Positions 28,987 through 43,492 are shown, numbered from the stretch's first letter. The stretch is DNA of 64,000 bases from a bacterium (GCA_965261595.1 CBDHDG010000004.1:32001-96000); one strand, 5' to 3'. Translations and numbers: made by a program. Notes: generated by a model not told the origin, from the letters alone.

Positions 28987-29775
28987 TCAGCGCAGGGCTT
29001 TCAATTCTTTGCATCCGCCGGAGCCGTCTGCTCCCGTTGGCGCGGCCTCGGCGGAAAACTTGATGAAGCCGACCGAACTGTCCGCCCGGACCTTGAGGGT
29101 CGCCGTATCGGTTTGCACCGCGACGGACACGACGTCGGGGTTATCGTCCGTTTTGAATATTTGGCGGTAATCCTCCGCCAGGTTCCTTGATTCGGTGATC
29201 CAGGCGTCCAGCGGCGTCTCCTTGTTGCGCAGGACGACGTACCAGGTGATAGGCACCCCGACCACGCGCAAGGCCTTTCTCGTCCAGAAGGACCGCTCGG
29301 AGGGCGAGATGATGTAGCCGCAGCGCGGGGCTTCGGCGTCCCATAGATAACCGATGGCCCTGAGTTTCCCTGCTTTCCCGCGTTTGAATGTCACGTAGAT
29401 GTTCACGGACTGGTCATCTTTGTAATAGTCCCGGGCGTCCGCGCCGCTGACGGGCAGACGGGTCTTCCACCGCCAGGTCAAAACGGGGGTTTCGGACATG
29501 GAGACGTTGAGCTTTTCCTTGCTGAGAAAATAGGATTTGTCGTTCGCTCGCAGACGCAAGACGGCTTTGTCCCCATCGGTTTCCACCGTGATGTCGCCCG
29601 GCGCCACGGTTCCCTTGAACTCCTTCAGGGTCCAGCCATCCGGGACGCCCTGCTTGCCGGCGGCTGTTGGCCATTCATCGACGATCGCAAAGCCCGAATC
29701 CTGCCCGAACGCCGGCGTGAATCCCGCGAGGAGCAAGACCAGGAAACTCGGCATGAACATTCGCATCGCATCCAT
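28987..29775 (-). CDS. DUF3047-like secreted protein
   Basis: Signal peptide, TPVLTWRWK, DDQSVNIYVTF, IGYLW, WITESRNLAEDY, VQTDT; start uncertain. Confidence 0.75.
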   Translation of the reverse strand: MDAMRMFMPSFLVLLLAGFTPAFGQDSGFAIVDEWPTAAGKQGVPDGWTLKEFKGTVAPGDITVETDGDKAVLRLRANDKSYFLSKEKLNVSMSETPVLTWRWKTRLPVSGADARDYYKDDQSVNIYVTFKRGKAGKLRAIGYLWDAEAPRCGYIISPSERSFWTRKALRVVGVPITWYVVLRNKETPLDAWITESRNLAEDYRQIFKTDDNPDVVSVAVQTDTATLKVRADSSVGFIKFSAEAAPTGADGSGGCKELKALR

Positions 29776-29816
29776 CCCTCCACCTTTTATCTGAGCGCGC
29801 CGCAACTTCATTCTGA

Positions 29817-30473
29817 CTAACGGACCTCCACCTCGATAATTTCCTCCACCTGCCGCAGGGCGTTGGCCAGGTCAACGGGACGTGAATTCGGCGGGGTGTC
29901 GAGGACGGCCCGGATTTCGATCCGGCCCAGCGAGTGATCCCGCCGAAAATCCAAACTGTTCACCGTTGCGCCGAAGCCGTCAAAAACGTCCTCCACATCT
30001 TTCATCAATCCCGGAGTGCTCCGGGCGCTGATGTGTACGCTCCGGGAGCCCCGGCCGGACATCAGGAGCGGCTCGATGCGGCGAAGGATCACCAGACTCA
30101 GCAAGAGGAATCCAGTCGCCACGAACGCCCCCCAATAGACCCCCGCCCCGACGGCCATGCCGATCCCGCCCGTGGTCCAGATGCTGGCGGCGGTTGTCAG
30201 GCCCCGGACCGAGATCCCGTACCGGAAGATGACGCCCGCGCCCAGGAATCCGATTCCCGTGACGATGTTGGCGGCAATCCGGGCGGGGTCGCTTCCGGTG
30301 CGGCTCCCCATCTCGAGGGAAACCACGGTCGTCAACGCGGCGCCCAGGCTCAAGATGAGATGGGTTCGCAGACCGGCGGGCTGGTTCCGCCACTCGCGCT
30401 CCATCCCCACGATTCCGCCCAAAAGGGCGGAAAGCAGGAGTCTCAAAAAGATGACGCCCGAACCCAAGTCCAT
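29817..30473 (-). CDS. MgtC/SapB family membrane protein
   Basis: GMERE...AGLRTH, DPARIAANIVTGIGFLGAG, GLTTAASIW. Confidence 0.93.
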   Translation of the reverse strand: MDLGSGVIFLRLLLSALLGGIVGMEREWRNQPAGLRTHLILSLGAALTTVVSLEMGSRTGSDPARIAANIVTGIGFLGAGVIFRYGISVRGLTTAASIWTTGGIGMAVGAGVYWGAFVATGFLLLSLVILRRIEPLLMSGRGSRSVHISARSTPGLMKDVEDVFDGFGATVNSLDFRRDHSLGRIEIRAVLDTPPNSRPVDLANALRQVEEIIEVEVR

Positions 30474-30513
30474 GGTGGATTTGAGAACCCTCCAGGTTCT
30501 GCGGTCATGCGGG

Positions 30514-34320
<3,807 letters not shown>

Positions 34321-34324
<4 letters not shown>

Positions 34325-34755
34325 GAATCCGATACCACCTGAACGACCTTCTTGCGCCGGTCCTTCGGAATGTGAACCGTCAATAAGCCGTCCTGATACT
34401 GGGCGTGGATCCGGTTTGCGTGAACCGGCGCGTCAATCCGGATGATTCGCTCAAATGGGCCGAAGTTGACCTCCATCTGATGAAACTTTATTTTCTCCGA
34501 AGAGTGACAGGCGGCGCGGGTCCCCGTGATGCAGAGGTCCGGCTCCTCGTACGTGATGCCGATGGATTCTTTTGACATGCCGGCCAGATCAACGAGGACG
34601 AGAAACTCCGCCTCCGTTTCATAGGCGTCAACCGGGGGATGCCATTTGGGGTCCGGCCTGGGCAGCCCGGGGGATTGGCGCTCCAACGCGTGGTCCAGCA
34701 GCCTCTCCAGCCGCTGCTGCATGGACTCCAACTCACTGCCTAAACGTTGAGCCAC
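34321..34755 (-). CDS. Hsp20/alpha-crystallin small heat-shock protein
   Basis: WHPPVDAYET, VDLAGM, FGPFER, AQYQDGLLTVHIPK; start uncertain; stop overlaps the lon start. Confidence 0.88.
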
Positions 34756-34941
34756 AGCGTCTGTTCCCGGATTCCGCAGAACACGACAAACCGAACGTCT
34801 CTTCAACGGATCAACGATAGCACAAGCTTTTCCCGACCAACACTCGGCGTCCACACCCGGTTGACAGGCCACCCGGACCGCGCCTAGCCTTCCTTTACAG
34901 AGGGTCCGCATTGGTCGAAACGGATCTGCTTCTGAGGTTAT

Positions 34942-35928
34942 ATGCGACGGGTCGGTCTTATCGTCAATTCTCAATCCGGCAAAGACGTACGACGCATCGT
35001 CGTCGGGGGGAGCACCGCGTCTTATCAGGATAAGGTGGACCTCGCGCGCAGGGTGATCACGGGCCTGGTCGGGTCCGATGTCGAAGAGGTCCTCTTGATG
35101 CCCGATCCCACGGGATTGGCGAGCCGGACTTTGGGCGGGCTGGACAGCGGCCGGCAAGCCCGTTGCAAGATCCTGGGAAGCCTGGCCGATGGGTCCCCGG
35201 AGGATACGGATCGGGCGGTGAAGGCCATGCGAAGGGCGCGATGCGGCTGTATCATCACGGTTGGAGGGGACGGGACGCATCGCAGGGTCGCGCGCCTTTG
35301 CGGCCGGGCGCCGCTGCTCCCCTTGTCGGGCGGCACGAACAACGTTTTTTCCGAACCCCTGGACGGGCTTGTCGCCGGGCTGGCGGCGGGGGCGTTTTTG
35401 AAGGCGGGCCGGGCCCGGGGGGACCTGTGCTGGAGGGGAAAGCGTCTGGCCGTAGAGCGAAACGGGGAGCCGTTCGACGTGGCCCTGATTGACGTGGCGG
35501 TGTCCGACCACGGCGAGATCGGGGCCAAAGCCATTTGGGAAGCCGACCGGCTCAGCGAGCTGGTTCTCTCCCAGGGACTCCCGACCCGGATTGGACTTTC
35601 GGCGATCGGCGGCATGCTGGAGCCGTTGGGGCCGAGAGAGGGCGGAGGGCTTCACATCCGCTTGAATCCCCGAAGCAAGAGCGGGCGTGTTATCCGGGCG
35701 GGCATCCTGCCGGGCGTTCTGGCCAAGATCGTTGTCCAACGGGTTGTCAGGCTGAAAGACGGGGAGACGGTTTCCCTCCGAAAGCGGGCCGGGGCCTTGG
35801 CGCTTGATGGAGAGCGTGAAATTCTCATGCGCCGGAAAGAGTCGTGGCAGGTTCGTTTGGATAGGGAAGGGCCTTGGATCATCGATGTGGAAAGACGTTG
35901 CGCGAAGCGGTCGCGAGAAATTGGCTGA
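34942..35928 (+). CDS. ATP-NAD kinase family protein, AcoX-like
   Basis: GLIVNSQSGKDVRRIV, GGDGTHR, SGGTNNVF, ALIDVAV, GAKAIW, ALDGERE. Confidence 0.8.
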   Translation: MRRVGLIVNSQSGKDVRRIVVGGSTASYQDKVDLARRVITGLVGSDVEEVLLMPDPTGLASRTLGGLDSGRQARCKILGSLADGSPEDTDRAVKAMRRARCGCIITVGGDGTHRRVARLCGRAPLLPLSGGTNNVFSEPLDGLVAGLAAGAFLKAGRARGDLCWRGKRLAVERNGEPFDVALIDVAVSDHGEIGAKAIWEADRLSELVLSQGLPTRIGLSAIGGMLEPLGPREGGGLHIRLNPRSKSGRVIRAGILPGVLAKIVVQRVVRLKDGETVSLRKRAGALALDGEREILMRRKESWQVRLDREGPWIIDVERRCAKRSREIG

Positions 35929-35929
35929 A

Positions 35930-36200
35930 CGGCATGGAGCCGGATTCCCCATTAGGCTTCAGGAGCCTGAATCCGTGTTGACAAGTCCCCCGGAAATGGC
36001 TCAGATGGGCAATCGGCGCCGGACAATCAGGTGCAGGTCCGCCCGGATTTGAAATAGGGAATTCCAATCTATAGCCGTTTGCTGGTTACGAAGACGCCAA
36101 CGACGCCGAGCGATTGGCCCAAGATCCGGCGATGCAGGATCTGGCGGGGCGTCTGGTCCTTGAGAAACAGGCGGCCACGACAAACACACTTTCGAGAGAG
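35930..36200 (+). mobile_element. Scrambled IS1380 remnant: right end followed by an internal transposase fragment
   Basis: 35940-36066 resembles the copy 1 right end (TTGACA...CCGGATTTGAAATAGGGAATTCC); 36070-36195 encodes GYEDANDAERLAQDPAMQ...LEKQAATTNTLS. Confidence 0.75.
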
Positions 36201-36233
36201 GTAAACAGAAAGTTGGCTTCCAGAACCCCAAAG

Positions 36234-38015
36234 ATGATCGAGACCGACGTTCTTGTCGTCGGCTCAGGCGGGGCCGGAGGCGAGGCCGCCGTTCATGCCG
36301 CCAAAGGGGGCGCGCGGGTCCTCATTCTCGACCGGGGCACTTTCGGACGAAGCGGCGGAACCATCACAGCGGGTCATACCTGCACGGCCGCGGTTGGCGA
36401 GGACGACACCCCGGACCTCCACTTTCGAGACACCGTCATCGGCGGCTACTGCATGTCCGACCAACGCCTCGTCGAACTGTACGCGAGGGAATCGCCCGAA
36501 ACATTGTACGAGTTGGACGCGTGGGGCGGCGGCCAGACATTCCGGAAGGACCGGGACGGGAATTTCGACTTGGTCTGGCCCCCCGGCGGGCATTCCCGCA
36601 AGCGATCCGTTCATTACGGATTCATGACCGGCCCGCGCATCATGTGGGCGCTCCGACGGGAGATTGACCGGCTCAAAGTCCCCTGGATGGAAAATATCCT
36701 CGTTTCCAGTCTCCTGACGGAGGATGGCAGGGTCACGGGCGTGACCGGAATGGACTTGAAGAGCGGGGAGTTCAGTGTCTTCAAGGCGAAGGCGGTTATT
36801 CTGGCCGCCGGCGGCTACTCCACCCTGTGGCCCTACCGGTTCACGACCAACGCGGTCGAGACCGGGGGCGACGTGCACGGCATGGCGTTCCGGGCGGGGG
36901 CGGAATTGGTCGATATGGAATTTATCCAGTTCGTCCCGGCGCAAGTCGATCCCCGCATCACTCACATCAATCCCACATTGACGAATTTCCCCGGTTGGCG
37001 GCCCGAGATCCGGAAGCACGGAAGGTTCCGAAACGCCCTGGGCGAAGACTTTCTCGCCAACTACGATCACATTCGGAAATGGCACACGACGCGAGACGTG
37101 CGTTCGTTCGCCATCTACAACGAGGTGCGGAAAGGGCGGGGCTCCCCCCACGACGGGTGTTACATGGACCTGACCACCGTTCCATCGGACGTCATGGATT
37201 ACGAGTTCAGCAAATTCCAGGGCGGCAGGTCCGTGCCCAGAAGCTATATGGTCAAATGTGAGCGCATCGGTTTCGACCTGTCCAAAGAAGCGATGGAAGT
37301 GGGCGCCAAGGCTCATTTCACGGGGGGAGGCGTCCGGACCGGGCTGGACATGATGTCGGACGTTCAGGGACTTTACGCGGCCGGGGAGGCCCAGGGCGGC
37401 GTGCACGGGGCGAACCGGCTGGGAGGGAACGCCCTGACGCATGTCTTGGCCTTCGGGAGAATCGCCGGCCGTGAGGCGGCGGTCTACGCCGCTCGTCACG
37501 CCGACGGAAACGTCTCGGCTTCCAGGGTGGAGGAGGAGCGCCGGCGGATTTTTCGCTGGACGGACACCGGCGAATCATCCGGTCAGAGCCCCATTCGGAT
37601 TCGGCAATTGATGCAGGAAACCATGTGGGAGAAAGTGGGAATCATACGGAACAAGGAAGACCTCACCGCCGCGCTCGACTGGTTTGCCGAGGCCAAGCGA
37701 GAGCTGCTTCCCAAGGCCGGGATCGACGCCAAGCCCAAGGCATTCAATTTGGAATGGGCGACCGCCGTCCTTCTTCCGCACCAGCTCGACACCTGTATGT
37801 TGGTGGCCCGAGCGGCCTTGGAGCGGACCGAAAGCCGAGGCAATCATCACCGGGACGATTATCTCAAGATGGACAAGGAAAAATGGCAATGTAACACCTA
37901 CCTTCGCCTTTCGGAGGACGGGGCCGTCGCGCTTCGTTCGGAACCCATTCACGTGACGACCGTCGATCCGCTGGAAATCGGCGACGAACGTCCGCAAATC
38001 GAGGCCGAAAAATGA
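36234..38015 (+). CDS. Succinate dehydrogenase/fumarate reductase/L-aspartate oxidase family flavoprotein (divergent)
   Basis: DVLVVGSGGAG, DMEFIQF, HFTGGG, GLYAAGE, HGANRLGGNAL, RTESRGNH. Confidence 0.88.
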   Translation: MIETDVLVVGSGGAGGEAAVHAAKGGARVLILDRGTFGRSGGTITAGHTCTAAVGEDDTPDLHFRDTVIGGYCMSDQRLVELYARESPETLYELDAWGGGQTFRKDRDGNFDLVWPPGGHSRKRSVHYGFMTGPRIMWALRREIDRLKVPWMENILVSSLLTEDGRVTGVTGMDLKSGEFSVFKAKAVILAAGGYSTLWPYRFTTNAVETGGDVHGMAFRAGAELVDMEFIQFVPAQVDPRITHINPTLTNFPGWRPEIRKHGRFRNALGEDFLANYDHIRKWHTTRDVRSFAIYNEVRKGRGSPHDGCYMDLTTVPSDVMDYEFSKFQGGRSVPRSYMVKCERIGFDLSKEAMEVGAKAHFTGGGVRTGLDMMSDVQGLYAAGEAQGGVHGANRLGGNALTHVLAFGRIAGREAAVYAARHADGNVSASRVEEERRRIFRWTDTGESSGQSPIRIRQLMQETMWEKVGIIRNKEDLTAALDWFAEAKRELLPKAGIDAKPKAFNLEWATAVLLPHQLDTCMLVARAALERTESRGNHHRDDYLKMDKEKWQCNTYLRLSEDGAVALRSEPIHVTTVDPLEIGDERPQIEAEK

Positions 38016-38339
38016 ACGGTCCGAATCTTCCGATCGAGGTCAACGGATTCGAGCCCATCGATGACCCGAGAAAAGATTGCGGAGGGGGCGGGTGTCCTGT
38101 GCGCGCGCCCGGGTTTCTTTGGAGACGCCCGGTGCCATATGCACAAACCGGGGATTTCGCTAGAAATCAGGATTTCGAAGATTGAGGCGGCGTTATTCAT
38201 TTCAATCGAATCACCCGCCGGACCCCGCCTTCACCCGCCGGACACCCCTTGCCTTGACAGCCTCATGCCTCCCTTTTATATTGAAATCGGTAGCTTTCGG
38301 CGGGCCGGGACGGCTCTTCTTTCCGGGGAATCCAGAGCG

Positions 38340-39662
38340 ATGAGCGGGAAATACTCAATCCTGACCTATGGCTGTCAGATGAACGAGAATGACTCGGAGT
38401 GGATTTCGGGGATTCTTCATCAAGACGGCTACAGTCGGGCGGACAACGCTTCAGACGCCGACCTGATCCTTCTGAACACATGCAGCATCCGGGATAAAGC
38501 CGAGCACAAGATGTTCAGCGACCTGGGCCGGCTCGCCCTCCTCAAAAAAGAAAATCCGAACCTCAAGATTGGCGTGTGCGGCTGTGTCGCCCAGCGGATA
38601 GGGGCCGAAATCGTCAGGCGCGCGCCCTTCGTGGATTTGGTGTTCGGAACGCAGAATATCGCCAAGCTTCCCGATCTCCTCGGGCAAATGCGGGACCGGG
38701 GGGACCGGGGGAAGAGCGTTGTCGACATCGAGCCGGTTCCGTTCGACTGGGACGCCGACACGCCGGCCATTCGCAAATCGAAGCTCAAGGCATTCGTGAC
38801 CGTGTCCGTCGGGTGCAACAAGAATTGCTCCTTCTGCATCGTCCCCATCACGCGCGGCCGAGAGGTCAGCAAGCCGAAAGATGTCATCCTGAAGGAAACA
38901 CGGATCCTCGCGGAGGAGAGTTGCAAGGAGGTCACCCTCCTGGGCCAGAACGTCAATTCCTATGGCTGGGATCTCGCGAAAAAGTCCACATTTCCTGACT
39001 TGCTGCGCAGCGTCGCGGGTGTAGACCGGATCGAACGGGTCCGGTTTACAACCTCTCACCCCCGCGATCTCTCCCCGGAGCTTATCGATGTAATGGCCTC
39101 CGAGGCGAAGGTGTGCGAGTATTTTCATCTGCCCATTCAATCGGGCTCGGACGTCATGTTGAAAAAGATGTATCGCGGTTATACTTCAAGGCAATACATT
39201 GATAAAGTTAATGCGTTACGTGAACGAATTCCCCGTATAGCCCTGACGACCGATTTCATTACCGGATTTCCGGGAGAGACCGACGAAGATCACAAGAAAT
39301 CGATGAAAGTTCTTGCGGAAGTTGAATTCGATAATATCTTCTTGTTCAAGTACTCGATTCGACCCGGCACACCCGCGGCCGGACTTGGGGATCAGGTGCC
39401 GGCGGAGGCGAAGGCGGAACGGTTCGACGATTTGATGAGCCTTCAGAGAAAGATCACCGAGCGGAAGAATCAATCGTTGCAGGGAAGAACGCAGGAGGTT
39501 TTGGTGGAAGGGCCCAGTCCCAAGGACCTGGGAAAACTGACCGGCCGGACGCGAACCAACAAGATTGTTAACTTCTACGGGCCGCTTCAGATGGTCGGCC
39601 GGACCCTCCCACTCAAGATCACCCGGTGCGGGCTTTACAGTCTCGAAGGCAAAGCGGCGTAG
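38340..39662 (+). CDS. miaB: tRNA-2-methylthio-N6-dimethylallyladenosine synthase
   Basis: TYGCQMN, NTCSIR, GCNKNCSFCIVP, LLGQNVNSYG, RFTTSHP, TRAM domain. Confidence 0.96.
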   Translation: MSGKYSILTYGCQMNENDSEWISGILHQDGYSRADNASDADLILLNTCSIRDKAEHKMFSDLGRLALLKKENPNLKIGVCGCVAQRIGAEIVRRAPFVDLVFGTQNIAKLPDLLGQMRDRGDRGKSVVDIEPVPFDWDADTPAIRKSKLKAFVTVSVGCNKNCSFCIVPITRGREVSKPKDVILKETRILAEESCKEVTLLGQNVNSYGWDLAKKSTFPDLLRSVAGVDRIERVRFTTSHPRDLSPELIDVMASEAKVCEYFHLPIQSGSDVMLKKMYRGYTSRQYIDKVNALRERIPRIALTTDFITGFPGETDEDHKKSMKVLAEVEFDNIFLFKYSIRPGTPAAGLGDQVPAEAKAERFDDLMSLQRKITERKNQSLQGRTQEVLVEGPSPKDLGKLTGRTRTNKIVNFYGPLQMVGRTLPLKITRCGLYSLEGKAA

Positions 39663-39676
39663 GGACGGGGAGGATT

Positions 39677-40195
39677 ATGAGCATGCTTGAGATGAAGGTT
39701 AAGGGTCTGACACTGGATCCCCTCACCAATATGCCGATTGTGATCCTCAAGGACACCGACGAGAAGAAGGTTCTTCCCATCTGGGTCGGCATTTTCGAGG
39801 CGAATGCCATCGCGTTGGAGATGGAGCAGGTCAGCACGCCCCGTCCCATGACGCACGACCTGCTCAAGAACATCATCGAAGGCTTTCAGGCCCAGGTCGC
39901 GCGGATTGTCGTCAATGATTTAAAGGACAACACCTTTTACGCGGTCATTACAATCAATCTCAACGGCAACGAAGTGCTCATCGATGCCCGCCCGTCGGAT
40001 GCCATCGCCCTCGCCTTGCGTGTGAACGCCCCGATTTTCGTGGCTGAGAAGGTCATCGAAGAGGCCAAGAGCATCGAGTTCACCGAGCAGGTGGCGTCAG
40101 GTGAGCGGGAGGGCGAAAACATGCCCGAAAGTGATGATTGGAAAAAATGGCTGGAAAATCTCAAACCCGAGGATTTCGGCAAGTACGAAATATAA
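39677..40195 (+). CDS. Bifunctional nuclease family protein (DUF151)
   Basis: LPIWVGIFEANAI, PRPMTHDL, DARPSDAIALALR. Confidence 0.93.
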   Translation: MSMLEMKVKGLTLDPLTNMPIVILKDTDEKKVLPIWVGIFEANAIALEMEQVSTPRPMTHDLLKNIIEGFQAQVARIVVNDLKDNTFYAVITINLNGNEVLIDARPSDAIALALRVNAPIFVAEKVIEEAKSIEFTEQVASGEREGENMPESDDWKKWLENLKPEDFGKYEI

Positions 40196-40209
40196 GGGCG
40201 GCCCAAACG

Positions 40210-40620
40210 GTTTTACTTCGCAAATCCGACGTATTCTTTCTCTTCCTTTATTCGGGTTTCATCTTCTTCCTTTCAACGCGCCCGGCGCCCGCTCCCTCTT
40301 ACATTCTTTTTCCCCACATCGACAAACTCTTTCACGCCATCGAGTACGGCGTGTTGGGTTGGTTATGGTTTCGCGTCCTGGGCCGAGCCGGTCCCGAAGG
40401 CCGGGGGCTCAAGGCGCCGCTCCTCTCGCTGATCATCTGCCTGATCTACGCCGCGGCGGATGAGTCCCTGCAACGTCTTGCGCCCAATCGGCTGTCCTCG
40501 GCGGGGGACGTGCTCGCCGACGGCGCCGGCGCGGCGATCGCCATCGGCTTGGGCCGGTGGGCGCGCGGGCGGGGCGTCCGGAAGGCCGGGGGGAAACTTT
40601 CGCGTGCGTCGGGGCTGTGA
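40210..40620 (+). CDS. VanZ-family membrane protein (start uncertain)
   Basis: DKLFHAIEYGVL, YAAADESLQ...PNR...DVLAD. Confidence 0.8.
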   Translation, partial: VLLRKSDVFFLFLYSGFIFFLSTRPAPAPSYILFPHIDKLFHAIEYGVLGWLWFRVLGRAGPEGRGLKAPLLSLIICLIYAAADESLQRLAPNRLSSAGDVLADGAGAAIAIGLGRWARGRGVRKAGGKLSRASGL

Positions 40621-40686
40621 CATACTGCGCCGCAAAGGGATGTCCCCGCTCAGAAATGGATACCGCATGAAAAAGAGGTGCTGCTG

Positions 40687-41694
40687 ATGGCTCGGATCAT
40701 CCATCCGGTGAGAGGACTTCCCTTGATTCATCGGCCGAGGCGCCTGCGTGAAACCCCGGCCATTCGGCGGATGGTCCGGGAGACGCGTCTCGACCCTTCG
40801 GCGTTCATTTTCCCGATGTTCGTTGTCCCCGGAGAGAACGTCCGCACGGAGATCCCCCCGATGCCGGGGAATTTTCAGCTTTCCCTGGATATTCTCATCG
40901 ACGAGGCCGCCGAGGTGGTCGAAGCCGGCGTTCCGGCCGTAATGCTGTTCGGCATCCCGGAGACGAAGGATGAGGAGGCGACAGGCGCCTGGGCGGAGGA
41001 CGGCATCATCCAGCGGGCGACGCGGGCGCTGAAGCGGGCGCACCCGGGGCTGGTGGTGATCGCCGACACCTGCCTGTGCGAGTACATGAGTCACGGTCAC
41101 TGCGGCGTGGTCGCCGAGGACGGCCGGGTGGAGAACGACGCCTCGGTGGAGATCCTCGCCCGGACGGCCGTTTCCCAGGCCCGGGCGGGGGCGGACATGG
41201 TGGCGCCCTCGGACATGATGGACGGCCGGATCGGGGCCATCCGGGAGACCCTGGACGAAGAGGGCTTCTCGCGTGTTCCGATCATGAGTTATGCCGCCAA
41301 GTACGCGACCTGCTTTTACGGACCCTTCCGGGTCGCCGCGGACTCCACGCCGGCTTTCGGGGACCGGCGCTCCTACCAGATGGACCCGGCCAATGTCCGG
41401 GAGGCCCTTCGGGAGGTCGCCCTGGACATCGAGGAAGGGGCGGACATCATCATGGTCAAACCCGCGCTTCCATACCTGGATGTGATCTGCCGCGTCCGCG
41501 AGGCCTTTGACGCGCCCGTGGCGGCCTATCAGGTCAGCGGGGAGTTCGCCATGATCAAGGCCGCCGCGCAAAATGGCTGGATCGATGGAGAGCTGGCGAT
41601 GATGGAGGCGTTGACATCGATCAAACGGGCGGGCGCCGATCTCATCCTGACCTATTTCGCGAAGGACGCCGCCCGGCTTCTGAAGGCCGGATAA
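40687..41694 (+). CDS. hemB: Porphobilinogen synthase
   Basis: [41 protein letters not shown]. Confidence 0.98.
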   Translation: MARIIHPVRGLPLIHRPRRLRETPAIRRMVRETRLDPSAFIFPMFVVPGENVRTEIPPMPGNFQLSLDILIDEAAEVVEAGVPAVMLFGIPETKDEEATGAWAEDGIIQRATRALKRAHPGLVVIADTCLCEYMSHGHCGVVAEDGRVENDASVEILARTAVSQARAGADMVAPSDMMDGRIGAIRETLDEEGFSRVPIMSYAAKYATCFYGPFRVAADSTPAFGDRRSYQMDPANVREALREVALDIEEGADIIMVKPALPYLDVICRVREAFDAPVAAYQVSGEFAMIKAAAQNGWIDGELAMMEALTSIKRAGADLILTYFAKDAARLLKAG

Positions 41695-41729
41695 AGAACG
41701 GCCGGGAGGGGGGAGAGAGGCGGGTTGAA

Positions 41730-42155
41730 GTGGCTTCGGAAGAATCGGTTTTGGCCGAAGAGGAATTTCTGGGGCGTCCCATCCGGCTGGAGGCGCGGTG
41801 GCAGGGGGCCGACTTGGCCATCCGTCTCTACGGCGGGAGCCGCGCCCATATCGGATCGGTGGTCTTCGCCGTTGTCAGGCCCAGTCTTCGGGACCCCGAC
41901 ATCACGTCCTCGACCGCAAGCGTTTTGAATCGCCCGGGCCACCGGGACGAATGGCCGGCCCGGCGGATTGCCGAAGATTTTTCATCCCGCCTCAAGACGA
42001 ATGTGGCGGTTCTGTGCAGCATCCACTATGACGGGTTGGATCGCGAACAGATAGAAGACGTGAACCGGTTGTGTGGTTCGCTCGCGCGCAAGGTCCTCCC
42101 GCTTCTTGACGAGCAGGCGCGGAGGAGGCCGGAGACGGGAGATGTCTTGGATTAA
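41730..42155 (+). CDS. LpdD-like (prenylated-flavin chaperone family) protein
   Basis: GADLAIRLYGG...HIGSV...PGHRDE...CSIH pattern. Confidence 0.6.
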   Translation: MASEESVLAEEEFLGRPIRLEARWQGADLAIRLYGGSRAHIGSVVFAVVRPSLRDPDITSSTASVLNRPGHRDEWPARRIAEDFSSRLKTNVAVLCSIHYDGLDREQIEDVNRLCGSLARKVLPLLDEQARRRPETGDVLD

Positions 42156-42258
42156 TGACGTTGTGGCGCCGGAACCCGATTCTCTCATCCAGTGCGCCAC
42201 GTTCGGATCAAGAATGATTGGCGCACATGGTGATTGAGCGGCAGGGGAGAAACCCTTG

Positions 42259-43455
42259 GTGAAAAGAAAAGAGATTGTCTTCCTGAGCGGGGCGCGGACG
42301 CCCATCGGCTCTTTCGGGAAGACCTTGAAGGACTTCACCGCGACCGAGTTGGGGACCGTGGCCGCGAAGGGGGCATTGGCTCGCTCGGGAATCTCGCCCG
42401 AGGACATCGACCACGTCGTCTTCGGCAACGTGAACCAGACCAGTGAAGACGCCGCCTATCTGGCCCGGCACGTGGGACTGAACGCGGGCGTCCCCATCGC
42501 CACCCCCGCCCTGACCGTCAACCGGCTTTGCGCATCCGGTTTTCAGGCCGTGATCGAAGGGGCCTATCAACTCCTGTTGGGCGAGTCCGATTTCGTTCTG
42601 GTGGGCGGCGCCGAATCCATGAGCCGGGCCCCCCACGCGATGTACGGGGCCCGGTGGGGTTTCAATCTGGGGGAGGGAAAGCTGGTGGACACCCTGGCCG
42701 CCGGTTTGACCGATGCCCGGTGCGGGTGCGGCATGGGAGTCACCGCCGAAAACCTTGCCCGGAAGTACGGCGTCACCCGCGAGGAATCCGACCATTTCGC
42801 CTTCCAAAGCCAGCAGCGCACAAAAGAGGCGGTCTCCTCGGGCAGGCTGGCGGAGGAGATCGTTCCGGTGATCGTCAAGGGCCGTAAGGGCGAGGAGACC
42901 CCCTTTCAGGTGGACGAGCATCCCCGGCCCGACGTGACGCCCGAGAAGCTGGCCGGGCTCGCGCCTGTCTTCCATGAGGATGGAATTGTCACGGCCGGCA
43001 ACTCCAGCGGGATCAACGATGCCGCCGCGGCCCTGGTCATGACGACGGCCGAGGCGGCCAGGAAAAGGGGCCTATCCCCCATGGGCCGGCTTCTCTCCTG
43101 GGGCGTGTCCGGCGTCGAGCCGGAGATCATGGGGATCGGGCCCGTCCCGGCGTCCAAGACCGCTTTGGACCGGGCGGGGCTCACGCTCGATGACATGGAG
43201 GTCATCGAGGTGAACGAGGCTTTCGCGGCCCAGTACCTGGCCGTGGAGAAGGAGATGGGGCTGGATCGGTCGATCGTCAACGTCAACGGCGGGGCCGTGG
43301 CCCTCGGGCACCCGGTCGGGGCGACGGGCGCGCGGTTGACCCTGACCCTCCTGATGGAGCTGGGTCTCACCGGAAAGAAGCTGGGTCTCGCGACGGCTTG
43401 CGTAGGCGGCGGGCAGGGGGTGGCCCTCGTCCTGGGCGCCGCGGAGTCGTCCTGA
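42259..43455 (+). CDS. Acetyl-CoA C-acyltransferase (thiolase)
   Basis: RTPIG, NRLCASG, GGAESMS, NEAFA, GHPVGATG, CVGGGQG. Confidence 0.96.
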   Translation: MKRKEIVFLSGARTPIGSFGKTLKDFTATELGTVAAKGALARSGISPEDIDHVVFGNVNQTSEDAAYLARHVGLNAGVPIATPALTVNRLCASGFQAVIEGAYQLLLGESDFVLVGGAESMSRAPHAMYGARWGFNLGEGKLVDTLAAGLTDARCGCGMGVTAENLARKYGVTREESDHFAFQSQQRTKEAVSSGRLAEEIVPVIVKGRKGEETPFQVDEHPRPDVTPEKLAGLAPVFHEDGIVTAGNSSGINDAAAALVMTTAEAARKRGLSPMGRLLSWGVSGVEPEIMGIGPVPASKTALDRAGLTLDDMEVIEVNEAFAAQYLAVEKEMGLDRSIVNVNGGAVALGHPVGATGARLTLTLLMELGLTGKKLGLATACVGGGQGVALVLGAAESS

Positions 43456-43492
43456 GGTTTCGGGTCTTTCGCGATTGAACGGATGCGGGTCA

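Noticed and set aside
34756..35952. 543-aa ORF as a long Hsp20 fusion
   Set aside because: The upstream part is the antisense of the AcoX-like gene; only the last ~145 aa look like Hsp20.
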